Shown one piece after another: positions 1 to 10,385 of a stretch of DNA of 64,000 nt. The position numbers were made by a program, and so were the translations under genes. The stretch is from Gammaproteobacteria bacterium (GTDB lineage: Bacteria > Pseudomonadota > Gammaproteobacteria > UBA4575): positions 16,498 through 80,497 of the forward strand of contig JBGCDS010000030.1 in assembly GCA_045105615.1 (NCBI GenBank). The letters are read 5' to 3'. How positions within the stretch are numbered: the stretch's first letter is position 1; each line of letters starts with the position of its first letter. The notes under the pieces were generated by a model. It was not told the DNA's origin. It did no database searches and saw nothing but the letters and a program-made list of their open reading frames with translations.

Positions 1-1
1 A

Positions 2-895
2 CTTCATGGTAAGTTGTGGTCAGATGTAATCAAACAACTATTCCCTGAACAATCCCAAACTGATATCAGTAGTATTGATATTAACGGTCGCAATATACAT
101 TTTTCATCTAAATCTATTGATGGTTCTAAAGACTCACTAGTGCTAGTTAACGATGTTACGGATCCAGTAACACATATTGATAGTGTAAAAAGAAAAGAGC
201 GCCTTGCTTTCTTGGGTAATGCCATTGCATCAATTGCACACGATATACGTACGCCGTTAGCTACTTCATTTTTACATTTATCAAATTTGAATAGAAAATT
301 AAAAAGCCAAGATCATGGAGACTATGTGAGAGTGGTTGATAAAGTGAGACATAACTTAAAAACATTAGAAAATACTATTAATAGTATGCTTATCTATGCC
401 AAGGGCGGCGCAGATACATTTGAACTGATGGAGTGTAAGAAATGCTGTGAATTAATTGCAACAGATTTATTTGAGTTATTTCCAAGTGTGACATTTACAA
501 TACACGCGCAAGAAGATCTGAAGAATAAACATATAAAAATCAATTTTAATGCATTAATGACATCATTTAGAAACCTAATCGCAAATTCTCAAGCTGTTAG
601 TGAAAAAGATGTAGCGATTAAAATTAACTTCATTAGTGATAAAGATAGTTTCTTGAAAATAACTGTTGCAGATAATGGTCCAGGTATTGATGTGGAAACA
701 ATAGATAAAATATTTGAGCCATTCTTTACAGCAAGAAAAAATGGTACTGGATTAGGCTTGTCTATTGTTAAGTCAATTATTGAGTCTCACCGTGGAAATA
801 TAACTGCGGAAAACATCTCAACAGGCGCAATGTTTAATATAGAGCTGCCTTTAGAGTATCAAGAATGGAAGTCAGAAATTGGGGTAAACCAATAA
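2..895 (+). CDS. flrB: Sensor histidine kinase, C-terminal part (FlrB/FleS-type flagellar two-component sensor); 5' end is outside the window
   Basis: The frame is open to the window edge; the track start at 14 is only the first TTG. H-box IAHDIRTPL; ATP-binding boxes DNGPGID and GTGLGLSIV. Lies directly upstream of a sigma-54 response regulator and fliE. Confidence 0.8.
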   Translation, partial: LHGKLWSDVIKQLFPEQSQTDISSIDINGRNIHFSSKSIDGSKDSLVLVNDVTDPVTHIDSVKRKERLAFLGNAIASIAHDIRTPLATSFLHLSNLNRKLKSQDHGDYVRVVDKVRHNLKTLENTINSMLIYAKGGADTFELMECKKCCELIATDLFELFPSVTFTIHAQEDLKNKHIKINFNALMTSFRNLIANSQAVSEKDVAIKINFISDKDSFLKITVADNGPGIDVETIDKIFEPFFTARKNGTGLGLSIVKSIIESHRGNITAENISTGAMFNIELPLEYQEWKSEIGVNQ

Positions 896-920
896 AATGG
901 CTAATGACAAGGAGGAAGTA

Positions 921-2264
921 ATGTCAAAAGTGAATATTTTACTCGTGGAAGACGATAAAGAGTTATTGCAAGCACTGGTCGATACATTAAGTATTGATGA
1001 TTATGCCGTGCATGCGGTTAATACTTTAGCCAAAGCAATGGCGTGTTTGAAAAGCAATAATATTGATTTGATTGTTAGCGATGTGAATTTTAATGAAGAA
1101 GATAAAAAATGTTCATTGCAAACAGGGTTGGATTTTCTTAAATATACTCGAGAAAATTCAATGCAAGTTCCATTTATACTAATGACTGCATACGCCACAG
1201 TAGATAAAGCAGTAGAAGCAGTAAAATTAGGCGCAATTGATTATTTGGTGAAGCCTTTTGAAGCGGAACAACTAATTAATATTGTACAAAAAAATGTGCA
1301 AGTGAAAAAAGATGATTCGATTTTTGTTGCTGTCGATGATGAGAGCGTCAGAGTGAAGCGTCTTGCTGCGCAGGTGGCTTCAACAGATGTGTCAATTTTG
1401 ATTAATGGCGAAAGTGGTACAGGAAAAGAGGTACTTGCTAGCTATATCCATCATTGTTCAGCACGTACGAATGAGCCATTTATAGCAATAAATTGTGCGG
1501 CTATTCCTGAAAATATGTTAGAAGCAATGTTGTTTGGATATGAGAAAGGCGCTTATACCGGTGCCCATACGTCTAACCCCGGGAAGTTTGAGCAAGCGCA
1601 GGGTGGCACTTTGTTATTAGATGAAATCTCCGAGATGGATATCACATTGCAGGCAAAGCTATTGCGTGTCTTGCAAGAAAAGCAAGTTGAGCGATTAGGT
1701 GGTAAAAGTGTGATTGAATTAGATGTAAGAATTCTTGCGACGACTAATAGGAATATTAAAAAGGAAGTTGAAGAGGGGAGATTTAGAGAAGATTTGTATT
1801 ATCGTTTAAGTGTTTTTCCAATTGGCTTAAAACCTTTGAGGGAGCGTAAAGATGATATTTTGCCTATTATTGAATCGCTACTTTACAAATATAGAAATAT
1901 ATCTGGCAATGTTGCATTAAGTGATTCAGCTACAGAGAAGTTAATTTCATATAAATGGCCTGGTAATGTCAGAGAGCTTGATAATGTTATTCAAAGGTCA
2001 ATTGTTCTGTGTAATGGACAAACAATATTGCCGGAACATGTCTATATCGATGACGACTCGCAAGATAGTGAGACTGTTATGCAGCCTGAAAATAATTTAA
2101 AAGATAATGAGCGAAGTTTGATTTTGCATGCATTGAAAGAAGGTAAAGGAAGTAGAAAGCAAGCTGCAGAACAGCTTGGTATTAGTCCAAGAACATTGCG
2201 TTACAAGCTAGCAAGACTTAAAGATGAGGGTATTGAAGTGCCTTCCGCATTTGGTATGGCGTAA
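921..2264 (+). CDS. flrC: Sigma-54-dependent response regulator (FlrC/FleR type)
   Basis: Receiver domain (ILLVEDD, acceptor Asp in LIVSDVNF). AAA+ core with Walker A GESGTGKE, GAYTGA loop and Walker B LLLDEI. C-terminal HTH AAEQLGISPRTLRYKL. ATG 921 is preferred over ATG 897 because GGAGG lies 5 nt upstream. Confidence 0.92.
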   Translation: MSKVNILLVEDDKELLQALVDTLSIDDYAVHAVNTLAKAMACLKSNNIDLIVSDVNFNEEDKKCSLQTGLDFLKYTRENSMQVPFILMTAYATVDKAVEAVKLGAIDYLVKPFEAEQLINIVQKNVQVKKDDSIFVAVDDESVRVKRLAAQVASTDVSILINGESGTGKEVLASYIHHCSARTNEPFIAINCAAIPENMLEAMLFGYEKGAYTGAHTSNPGKFEQAQGGTLLLDEISEMDITLQAKLLRVLQEKQVERLGGKSVIELDVRILATTNRNIKKEVEEGRFREDLYYRLSVFPIGLKPLRERKDDILPIIESLLYKYRNISGNVALSDSATEKLISYKWPGNVRELDNVIQRSIVLCNGQTILPEHVYIDDDSQDSETVMQPENNLKDNERSLILHALKEGKGSRKQAAEQLGISPRTLRYKLARLKDEGIEVPSAFGMA

Positions 2265-2277
2265 GGAGTGATAATAA

Positions 2278-2607
2278 ATGGATAAAATAAATTCTAACGA
2301 ACTACTTAACCAGTTACAGGTACTAGCGAGAAAGGTTCAAGAAACTAACACGCAAAATACTAGTAATAATGAGGTTTCTCAATCTAGTCAATTTTCAGAA
2401 CTTATGAAAGATTCTATAAATAGTGTCAATAATCAACAAATGAAAGCAGGCGAAATGACCAAGGCGTTTGAGATGAATGACCCTAATGTTCCACTCTCTT
2501 CTGTAATGATTGAGATGCAAAAAGCACGGGTATCATTTGAAGCGCTTAAACAGGTACGTAATCAATTAGTAGATGCATATAAGCAAGTAATGAATATGCC
2601 TTTGTAG
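2278..2607 (+). CDS. fliE: Flagellar hook-basal body complex protein FliE
   Basis: 109 aa with a typical C-terminus VRNQLVDAYKQVMNMPL. AGGAG RBS. Position before fliF. Confidence 0.9.
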   Translation: MDKINSNELLNQLQVLARKVQETNTQNTSNNEVSQSSQFSELMKDSINSVNNQQMKAGEMTKAFEMNDPNVPLSSVMIEMQKARVSFEALKQVRNQLVDAYKQVMNMPL

Positions 2608-2653
2608 TTAGTATATTAATAATAAAACACTAAAGAAATAAAAGAGGGTAGTC

Positions 2654-4303
2654 ATGGAAGGCGAAGTTAGCATTCAGCAAGGTGCAGAAATGCCTGATAA
2701 GGCAATGCGTATTACGAAAACAATTGTCTCGTCTGTAAGTATGTTGTTTGGGTTGGCCGCAGTATTAGCGCTCAGTGTAGCGGTAATTATGTGGGCATCT
2801 AAGCCAGAATATTCTCCTATTATAGATAATTTGTCTGATAATGATGTTGGTGCAATTACATCAGTATTAGCTGCTAATCAAATATCATATAAGGTTGACC
2901 ATATTTCTGGAAAGTTATTAGTTGCTAATGATCAAAGACAGCAAGCAAGAATGTTGATATCAGCAGAAGGATTGCCTAATTCAAGTCCAATAGGCTATGA
3001 ACTGCTTAAGAATGATACAGCTCTAGGGACTAGCCAATTTTTAGAAACAGCACGTTATCAACATGCTTTAGAAACTGAACTGAGTCGCTCTATATCGTCT
3101 ATGAGAAATATAGATAATGCTAGAGTGCATCTAGCTATTCCTAAAAGAACAGCATTTATGCGCAAGAAAGATAAGAGTACTGCATCTGTGATGGTCAAAG
3201 TAGCGGGTGGCCGTCAATTGGAAAAAGGTCAGATAGACTCTATTGCTTATTTGGTCGCTTCAAGTGTTTCTTATTTAGATGTTTCAAATGTAGCTGTGGT
3301 GGATCAATGGGGAAATTTGCTTAGTTCTACAGGTGCTGATAAAGGCATGGAGAGTTCACAAAAACAATTCGATTATAAAATGGAAGTAGAGTCTTTATAT
3401 GTAGATCGCATTGAATCTATGTTGGCACCCATCTTTGGTTATGGTCGTGTCAAAGTTCAAGTGAATGCTGAAATGGACTTTACTCGTGTAGAAAGTACTC
3501 AGGAACTATTTGACTCTGATCAAGAAAAAGTTAGAAGTGAACAAATTATTGATCAACAGCAAATAGGTGCTGTCGGTGCAGCAATAGGGATTCCAGGTGC
3601 TTTGTCTAATCAGCCGCCTGCCGGGGGTACTATTGATCCTGTTGAGGCGGGTGATGAAGGGACCGGTGCGCAACCATCAAATAGTAATAGAAATTCAGTG
3701 CGTAATTACGAATTGGATAAGACAATTAGACATGTAATGCAGCCAGTAGGCGAGCTGCAGAAGATCACTGTCGCAGTTGTGGCTGATGATTGGGTAACAA
3801 TTGATGATAATGGTGACGAAGTTCGAACTGAATTGTCCGGTGAAGACTTTGCATTAATTCGTGGCATAGTGAGTGAAGCGATAGGCTTCAATCAAGATCG
3901 TGGAGATAGTGTGTCTGTTTACAACAAGTCATTTCAGACGATTGATGTTGAAGAATTGCCAGAAATGCCAATTTGGAAGCAAGACTGGTTTGTATCTGTA
4001 ATTAAACAGGGAGTGGCGGGAATTGCAATATTAATATTGATATTTACTGTTGTGAAACCAACGATGAAAACTTTACAAGGGCGTTTAGTTGCATCTGCTG
4101 ATAATTCAAGTAATCAACTCCTGGCATTAGAAAACTCAGATACTGCTAGTAATGCTCATGCGTCAGATCCTAATTCGCAGCAAACATTGACTAATAAGCA
4201 TCCTAATTATGTTGAACAATTAGCGATGGCCAAACAATTGGTTGGCCAGGACTCTAAACAAGTTGCAAAAGTAGTGAAGAATTGGGTAGGCGATAATGGC
4301 TGA
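2654..4303 (+). CDS. fliF: Flagellar MS-ring protein FliF
   Basis: 549 aa with N- and C-terminal TM helices flanking a large periplasmic region. GAGGG RBS. Conserved order fliE-fliF-fliG. Confidence 0.93.
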   Translation: MEGEVSIQQGAEMPDKAMRITKTIVSSVSMLFGLAAVLALSVAVIMWASKPEYSPIIDNLSDNDVGAITSVLAANQISYKVDHISGKLLVANDQRQQARMLISAEGLPNSSPIGYELLKNDTALGTSQFLETARYQHALETELSRSISSMRNIDNARVHLAIPKRTAFMRKKDKSTASVMVKVAGGRQLEKGQIDSIAYLVASSVSYLDVSNVAVVDQWGNLLSSTGADKGMESSQKQFDYKMEVESLYVDRIESMLAPIFGYGRVKVQVNAEMDFTRVESTQELFDSDQEKVRSEQIIDQQQIGAVGAAIGIPGALSNQPPAGGTIDPVEAGDEGTGAQPSNSNRNSVRNYELDKTIRHVMQPVGELQKITVAVVADDWVTIDDNGDEVRTELSGEDFALIRGIVSEAIGFNQDRGDSVSVYNKSFQTIDVEELPEMPIWKQDWFVSVIKQGVAGIAILILIFTVVKPTMKTLQGRLVASADNSSNQLLALENSDTASNAHASDPNSQQTLTNKHPNYVEQLAMAKQLVGQDSKQVAKVVKNWVGDNG

Positions 4304-5324
4304 AGAATTAGCAGCTCTTGAAGCGCCAACACGTGAGTTAACTGGTGCTGAAAAATCAGCCATCCTGCTGATGGTTCTTGGTGAGCAGGATGCTTCATTA
4401 GTGCTGCAACATATGAGTCCGGAAGAGCTTCAACAGCTTGGTGAAGCAATGACAAGTATGAGTGATATTACTCAACATGAAATTCATAATGTGATGTTGA
4501 GCTTTTCTGATGATACTAAAAGTACAACGCCTTTAGATATTGGTGCATATGATTATCTTAAAAAAGTATTGAAAACAGCACTAGGTAATAACAAAGCTAA
4601 AAATATATTATCTAGAATAGTTTTAGGTCCAGATGCAAAGGGCATCGAAGTTCTGAAATGGATGAATGCTGAGACTATTTCTGATTTTATTAAAGATGAG
4701 CATCCACAAATAGTAGCAACATTACTAACTCAATTAGATAGTGAGTTAGCTGGAAAAGTTCTAGAAAGCTTGGATGTTCATACACAGTCAAAAGTGATAG
4801 AAAGAATTGCTCTAATGGAAGATGTCAATTCGGAAGCGTTAAAAGAATTAGATGAACTGATAGAAGACTACTTCAAAAAAGATAAACCCGATAAAGTTCC
4901 GAGTGTTGGAGGTCCATCTATTGCCGCTAATATACTGAATAACGTTAAGACTGACATTGAAGCTGGCGTGATGGAAAAAATCAATGGTCGTGATAAGAAA
5001 TTGGGCGATAAAATCAAAGGCTTAATGTTTGTATTTGATAATTTGTTAGATATTGACGATCGTGGGATGCAAACAATTCTTCGAGAATCTCCTCAAGATA
5101 AACTTGTATTGGCGTTAAAAGGTGCGAGCGCAGATGTGAGAGAGAAAATATTTAATAATATGTCTAAACGTGCATCTGAAATGCTTAGAGATGATTTAGA
5201 AACTGCTGGACCCGCGAAATTATCAGAGGTTGAAGATGCACAAAAAGAAATACTTGAAGTTGCACTCAAGCTTGGCGAAGAAGGAAAAATTATGCTCGGT
5301 GGTGGGGATGATGAGTTTTTATAA
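4296..5324 (+). CDS. fliG: Flagellar motor switch protein FliG
   Basis: 342 aa. EHPQIVA motif, MFVFDNL motif, C-terminal charged helix. Overlaps the fliF stop. Confidence 0.95.
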   Translation: MAEELAALEAPTRELTGAEKSAILLMVLGEQDASLVLQHMSPEELQQLGEAMTSMSDITQHEIHNVMLSFSDDTKSTTPLDIGAYDYLKKVLKTALGNNKAKNILSRIVLGPDAKGIEVLKWMNAETISDFIKDEHPQIVATLLTQLDSELAGKVLESLDVHTQSKVIERIALMEDVNSEALKELDELIEDYFKKDKPDKVPSVGGPSIAANILNNVKTDIEAGVMEKINGRDKKLGDKIKGLMFVFDNLLDIDDRGMQTILRESPQDKLVLALKGASADVREKIFNNMSKRASEMLRDDLETAGPAKLSEVEDAQKEILEVALKLGEEGKIMLGGGDDEFL

Positions 5325-5366
5325 ATTATCAGCATTTAATACTAAATAAGTTCGACTAGGTGGATT

Positions 5367-5999
5367 ATGAGTGAAGGTGGAATAACACGGCTAATTTTTG
5401 AGAATAGTCAAAGTGATAATGCGGAGAAAAATCAGTTTAGTCCTAGTGAGTTGTTTCTCTCAGATAATAAAAATACTACTAGTGATGTATATCATGATTC
5501 TTTTGAAGAGGAAAAAAAACGAGCATTTGATCAAGGCTATCAAGAGGCAGTTGCCCAAGTAAAAAATGAATGGAATGAAAAAATAGATTTTATTGAGAAA
5601 ATGGCTGTAGCAATTAATGAACCATTAAGTGATATTGACCATGTGATACAAGAAAAATGTGCTGAATTAGCAATTTCTATCGCCAAACAAATTGTCCGAC
5701 GCGAGCTTTCACTAGATTCTGGCCAAATTGTCTCAGCTGTGAAGCAAACAATCGAATTAATTCCTAAGGATGGTGAACAGATTAATATTCATATCAACCC
5801 TCAGGATGAACAACATATCAAGCAATTATTTTCGAGTGACGATAAATTAAGTAAATATAACCTTATCCAAGATCCTACCATCGCAGTTGGTGGATGTAAG
5901 GCTAGTACTGATTATTCGCTAGTAGACTTAACGGTTGATAAACAAGTGGCGGCAATAGCTGCTCAAATATTTGGCGATCAAAGAAATGTCTCAAGATAG
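5367..5999 (+). CDS. fliH: Flagellar assembly protein FliH
   Basis: 210 aa with a coiled-coil N-terminus. Positioned between fliG and fliI. Confidence 0.85.
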   Translation: MSEGGITRLIFENSQSDNAEKNQFSPSELFLSDNKNTTSDVYHDSFEEEKKRAFDQGYQEAVAQVKNEWNEKIDFIEKMAVAINEPLSDIDHVIQEKCAELAISIAKQIVRRELSLDSGQIVSAVKQTIELIPKDGEQINIHINPQDEQHIKQLFSSDDKLSKYNLIQDPTIAVGGCKASTDYSLVDLTVDKQVAAIAAQIFGDQRNVSR

Positions 6000-7350
6000 C
6001 GCTTATTTATCTCAAAGAACAGCTAGTTATGCACAATGGTTTGAGCAATGTTTAAGTAATACCCAGCAACAACCCCCAATCGTACGAGGAGTGTTAACTA
6101 GAATTTCTGGTTTAGCATTAGAAGCAAGAGGAATTCATTGTAAAATTGGTACGCGTTGCGAAATAATTTCGGAATCTGAACAGACCATAGAAGCAGAAGT
6201 TGTTGGCTTTTCTTCAGGTAAGACATTTCTTATGGCGATGGATAAAACACATGAATGTTCGCCAGGAATGGAAGTAGTTCCAAAGGAAGAATTGATTGGT
6301 TTACCTGTAGGTGATGAGTTAATTGGGCATGTGCTCGATGGTAATGGTTGTCCTCTTGATGGGAAAGTGCTGCCCGATAATCTAACAAGGTCAAAGCTTA
6401 CTCGACATCCAATTAATCCATTGATGCGTGGGATAATTGGCGATCCGCTTGATGTTGGCGTTCGTTCTATTAATAGTTTGTTAACTATTGGGCGTGGTCA
6501 AAGAATAGGTTTGATTGCGCCTAGTGGTGTTGGTAAGAGTGTGTTGTTAAGTATGATGACGCGCTATACCAATGCTGATATCACAGTGATTGCGCTGATT
6601 GGTGAGCGTGGGAGAGAAGTCAGTGAGTTTTTACACCATACATTGACTGAAGAATCTAGAAAGAATTCAATAGTAATTGCAGCACCCGCTGATTACAGCC
6701 CATTGCATAGAGTGCATGCTGCACAATATGCTACTTCAGTTGCCGAGCATTTCCGTAGTCAAGGTAAACATGTTCTGTTATTGATGGATTCATTAACACG
6801 CTATGCACAAGCACATCGAGAAATTTCTTTGTCGGTTGGAGAGCCCCCAGTTGCAAAAGGATATCCACCATCAGTATTTGCTAAAATTCCTGAGTTGGTA
6901 GAACGAGCAGGTATGAATAAAAATGGCAGTGGCTCAATTACCGCCTTTTATACTGTGCTAGCAGAAAATGATGACTTAAATGATCCTGTTGTGGATTCAG
7001 CGCGCTCAGTATTGGATGGGCATATTACTTTGTCGCGCGACTTGGCAGAGTATGGTCACTATCCAGCAATTGATATAGAAAAATCAATTAGTCGAATCAT
7101 GAATAATATTGTCGGCAAGGAACATATTAAGCTTGCGCAAGTGTTTCGTTCAATCTATTCGAAATATGAAGAAAATAAAGATGTTATTCAGTTGGGTATA
7201 TATAAGAAAGGTTCTGATGAGGAATTAGATATTGCCATTGCATTGCGAGAAAATTTAATGAAATTCTTATCTCAAGATGTTGATGAGCAAGCTACATTAG
7301 ATGAATCAATTGCGAGTCTTTCATCTTTATTTACATTGAATGATTCGTGA
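5986..7350 (+). CDS. fliI: Flagellum-specific ATPase FliI
   Basis: Walker A APSGVGKS, Walker B VLLLMDSLTR, F1-ATPase beta-like fold. ATG 5986 is preferred over the TTG at 5971. Confidence 0.95.
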   Translation: MSQDSAYLSQRTASYAQWFEQCLSNTQQQPPIVRGVLTRISGLALEARGIHCKIGTRCEIISESEQTIEAEVVGFSSGKTFLMAMDKTHECSPGMEVVPKEELIGLPVGDELIGHVLDGNGCPLDGKVLPDNLTRSKLTRHPINPLMRGIIGDPLDVGVRSINSLLTIGRGQRIGLIAPSGVGKSVLLSMMTRYTNADITVIALIGERGREVSEFLHHTLTEESRKNSIVIAAPADYSPLHRVHAAQYATSVAEHFRSQGKHVLLLMDSLTRYAQAHREISLSVGEPPVAKGYPPSVFAKIPELVERAGMNKNGSGSITAFYTVLAENDDLNDPVVDSARSVLDGHITLSRDLAEYGHYPAIDIEKSISRIMNNIVGKEHIKLAQVFRSIYSKYEENKDVIQLGIYKKGSDEELDIAIALRENLMKFLSQDVDEQATLDESIASLSSLFTLNDS

Positions 7351-7778
7351 AAAAATTACAGCGATTAAAAAAACTATATAAACTCTTGAAGATACAAGAA
7401 CAGGAGATGTTAGTTGAATTTAAAGAGCTGCAAAATGTAAATCAACAGATTAAAACACAAATTAATGACTTGTTTGCGCATGGATCCCAATCTAGAAATA
7501 AGCTTATGTATAGCTCAGTGGATATTAGTCAACTGACGATGGTGAGAAGATTTAGTGAAAAAATTGAAGTGGTGATAGAGCAATTACAATCTCGTCTTGA
7601 AGCAAATGATAAAAACTTTCTTATTGTTGCGGATAAAGTTAAACAATTAAGAGCTAGTCTTACCTCAATTGAAAGACTGATAGATAAACATCAGTTAATA
7701 GACAACTATGAGCAAGATAACAATTTTCAAAAGCAGGTAGAAGAAAATATTAACTACACTGTGTCTTCGCATGAATAA
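7347..7778 (+). CDS. fliJ: Flagellar export chaperone FliJ
   Basis: 143-aa coiled-coil protein. GTG start overlaps the fliI stop (GTGA). Conserved position. Confidence 0.8.
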   Translation: MKKLQRLKKLYKLLKIQEQEMLVEFKELQNVNQQIKTQINDLFAHGSQSRNKLMYSSVDISQLTMVRRFSEKIEVVIEQLQSRLEANDKNFLIVADKVKQLRASLTSIERLIDKHQLIDNYEQDNNFQKQVEENINYTVSSHE

Positions 7779-7800
7779 TAAATTTCTCATGATAATAAAG

Positions 7801-7817
7801 TTGGCCCGCTACATGCA
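7801..7817 (+). promoter_or_regulatory. Candidate sigma-54 (-24/-12) promoter for fliK
   Basis: TTGGCCCgctacATGCA. GG at 7803-7804 and GC at 7815-7816 are exactly 12 nt apart, about 40 nt upstream of the fliK ATG. The -12 element is ATGCA rather than TTGCA. Confidence 0.45.
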
Positions 7818-7855
7818 ATAACATTAGGTAAGTTACTAACTACCTGATATATGTT

Positions 7856-9670
7856 ATGCAGTCATTAATAAGCCAAATCAGTCATTTATTTGCTACGCAA
7901 TCATTAAATACACTAGAAAACAGTGGGTTACAATATGGTGCTTCAACGATCACCGATTTCGGAGGGCTCTTAGAAGGCTTTTCTGGTGGAGACTATACTG
8001 CAGAAATTGCCACCCTCAATGGCAACCTTTTGCAGCCTTCACCGGCGCCTATATCTTTTCAGTTAACACAATTTGCATTGACGGCACAACCTGGTGCTTC
8101 TGATGGAAGTGTTGAATATAGTGGCGAAATTACTCATGCTCGAATAGAAAGTGATTTGCTTGATTTAACGGGTATACGCCAAAACACGAATGCAAACACT
8201 CAAAGTGATGTAAATTCCTTTACTGCTGATAATTATACAAATTTAACCTCGTTAAGTAGCCAGACTTTAACAGTGGATAGCATGCGTGCTGCATCGTCGC
8301 TGTCTACTGATTCTATTGGTAGTAATGTTGGTCCAATAACAACCTTAAATAATTTTGCTAACGAATCAGTCATTAAATCTCATCTGTCTAGCCTGAATCA
8401 ACAAACAGTGAATATTCAAGATGAAAATCTCATTAATAGTCGTCAGTCATTAGCAGCTCCTGTTGAGACAAGTCTTAAAACAGATGTATTGCAAAACAAT
8501 ATTAATATTTTCACTAAGGAAAACGATATAAGAAGTAATGCGAATAGTAATTTACTTAACAGTACTACTATAGATGATGTCATCGTAAACAATATAACTA
8601 GCACTAATAAATCACCAGATCAGACATTGTCTGCCTATTCTGTTGCTTCTATTGATGATAAGGCTACTAAAAATCCTAAAAATCTTAATATATTATCAGT
8701 AGATAATAAGATATCTGTCTCTAATGAGTCACATATAGTGGATTCAAGGATTCCAGGATCAAAAGTTAACTTAACTGATGATTCAATCAACGTTTCAGAA
8801 AAATCTGATATTCGACCATTGGCAACAGATCTTAATCGGATAAATAGTTCGGCGTTAAATAATCAAAACGTGCCTAATGAAAATGCTGCTGTTTCTGAAC
8901 TCCCAAAAGACGAATTAGAAGTGAATGCAGTTAAACAAACATATAATCCTTTACAACAAGATGAAATTAAACGTGTGGAAAGTAATGCGCGTGATGAAAT
9001 AGTAAATATAAGGTCTCATGGTTTAGACCAAAATACTTTCTCTGATAATGGTCGTGCAACAAACAGAAATGAATTTGGTGTCGATTTGACTTCGTCTATT
9101 AAGAATCAAGAATTTGTGCAAGATGTTAAATTCACACCAAATAACATAGCTATTGATAAAGCTAATATACATAGCCCTGCATCGCCAGAGCCGCTAAGTA
9201 CAAACAACAGACTATCTGGATTGGATAAACCGCTTTTACAGCTTAATTCCAATAATGAAGTGGGAAACGGTGATGATCTTGCGCAGCAAATTGCTTGGGC
9301 TAAAAATACAAACACTAATAATATTAAAATTGCGATATCACCAGAACATCTGGGGGCGTTAGAAATTAATATTGAAAGTGATAAGGATGGATTGAATATT
9401 CAATTTCTAACTCAAAATTCGACAGCAAAAGAAGCATTAGAGACATTTATGCCTAGGCTTAAAGATATGTTAGAACAAGATGGATTGAATCTGCAAAATG
9501 CAAATGTTTCACAGCAAGATAAAGGTCAAAGTGATAATGCTGAATATGAAAATGCAGAACAATTTGTCTCTCAATCTGATACTAATGATCAATTTAATCC
9601 TAATAGTGCATCAGAAGCTAATACCTCATCTGCACAGTCAAATAATCGCCTCTTAGAAGCATTCGCTTAA
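7856..9670 (+). CDS. fliK: Flagellar hook-length control protein FliK
   Basis: 604 aa with a long Asn/Ser/Thr-rich low-complexity centre. Conserved C-terminal domain (IKIAISPEHLGALEINIESDKDGLNIQF). Position after fliJ. Confidence 0.85.
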   Translation: MQSLISQISHLFATQSLNTLENSGLQYGASTITDFGGLLEGFSGGDYTAEIATLNGNLLQPSPAPISFQLTQFALTAQPGASDGSVEYSGEITHARIESDLLDLTGIRQNTNANTQSDVNSFTADNYTNLTSLSSQTLTVDSMRAASSLSTDSIGSNVGPITTLNNFANESVIKSHLSSLNQQTVNIQDENLINSRQSLAAPVETSLKTDVLQNNINIFTKENDIRSNANSNLLNSTTIDDVIVNNITSTNKSPDQTLSAYSVASIDDKATKNPKNLNILSVDNKISVSNESHIVDSRIPGSKVNLTDDSINVSEKSDIRPLATDLNRINSSALNNQNVPNENAAVSELPKDELEVNAVKQTYNPLQQDEIKRVESNARDEIVNIRSHGLDQNTFSDNGRATNRNEFGVDLTSSIKNQEFVQDVKFTPNNIAIDKANIHSPASPEPLSTNNRLSGLDKPLLQLNSNNEVGNGDDLAQQIAWAKNTNTNNIKIAISPEHLGALEINIESDKDGLNIQFLTQNSTAKEALETFMPRLKDMLEQDGLNLQNANVSQQDKGQSDNAEYENAEQFVSQSDTNDQFNPNSASEANTSSAQSNNRLLEAFA

Positions 9671-9806
9671 AGTCTAAATATTAAGGTGCCGTAATCTCGG
9701 TACTTTCATTGTTTAACACGTCAATGTGTTGGCAATCCATTGTAATTGCGCGCCAATTTTACAACAATACTACTCTATATCATTGAAATAATTGAAGTTA
9801 TTTTGT

Positions 9807-9822
9807 TGGCATGTGCTTTGCT
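9807..9822 (+). promoter_or_regulatory. Sigma-54 (-24/-12) promoter for fliL-R/flhB operon
   Basis: TGGCATgtgctTTGCT matches TGGCAC-N5-TTGCW. GG at 9808-9809 and GC at 9820-9821. Lies 57 nt upstream of the fliL ATG in a 208-nt intergenic gap. Confidence 0.65.
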
Positions 9823-9878
9823 ATTAGTAATGCATGGACGCACTGTGTCTTATTAATTTTGATTAAGAGGATTGAGTA

Positions 9879-10382
9879 ATGGCTGAAGAAAATACAGAAG
9901 AAGAAAAAAAGGGCGGCTCTAAAAAGCTGATTGTGATGATAGCAATTGGTGTGGTTACCTTAGCTTTAGGTGCTGGCGGAGCAATGTTCTTTATGGGTGG
10001 TGATGATCCCGTTGAAGGTGAAATGGCTGAAGACGAGATGATGGAAGAAGAAATGGTGACTGAGATGTCATTTTATCATGAGTTACATCCAGCATTTGTT
10101 GCCAACTTTACCGGGAAATCTAAAAAGAATTATATGCAGGTTTATATCGTTGCCCTAGCTCGAGAAGAATCAGTGATAGATGACCTTACGTTACACATGC
10201 CGGCGGTCAGAAATGATGTATTAATGACGTTGAGTAAAACGACAAGTGATGAAATAGAAACAGTTGAAGGCAAAGAAGAGCTAAGGCAGAAAGTATTAAT
10301 GAGAATTAAAGAAACCATGAAGATGAAAACCGGTGAAGAAGGGGTAGAAGATATCTACTTTACTAAATTCGTGGCGCAATAA
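9879..10382 (+). CDS. fliL: Flagellar basal body-associated protein FliL
   Basis: 167 aa with a single N-terminal TM helix and a FliL-type C-terminal domain. Position before fliM. Confidence 0.88.
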   Translation: MAEENTEEEKKGGSKKLIVMIAIGVVTLALGAGGAMFFMGGDDPVEGEMAEDEMMEEEMVTEMSFYHELHPAFVANFTGKSKKNYMQVYIVALAREESVIDDLTLHMPAVRNDVLMTLSKTTSDEIETVEGKEELRQKVLMRIKETMKMKTGEEGVEDIYFTKFVAQ

Positions 10383-10385
10383 GTT

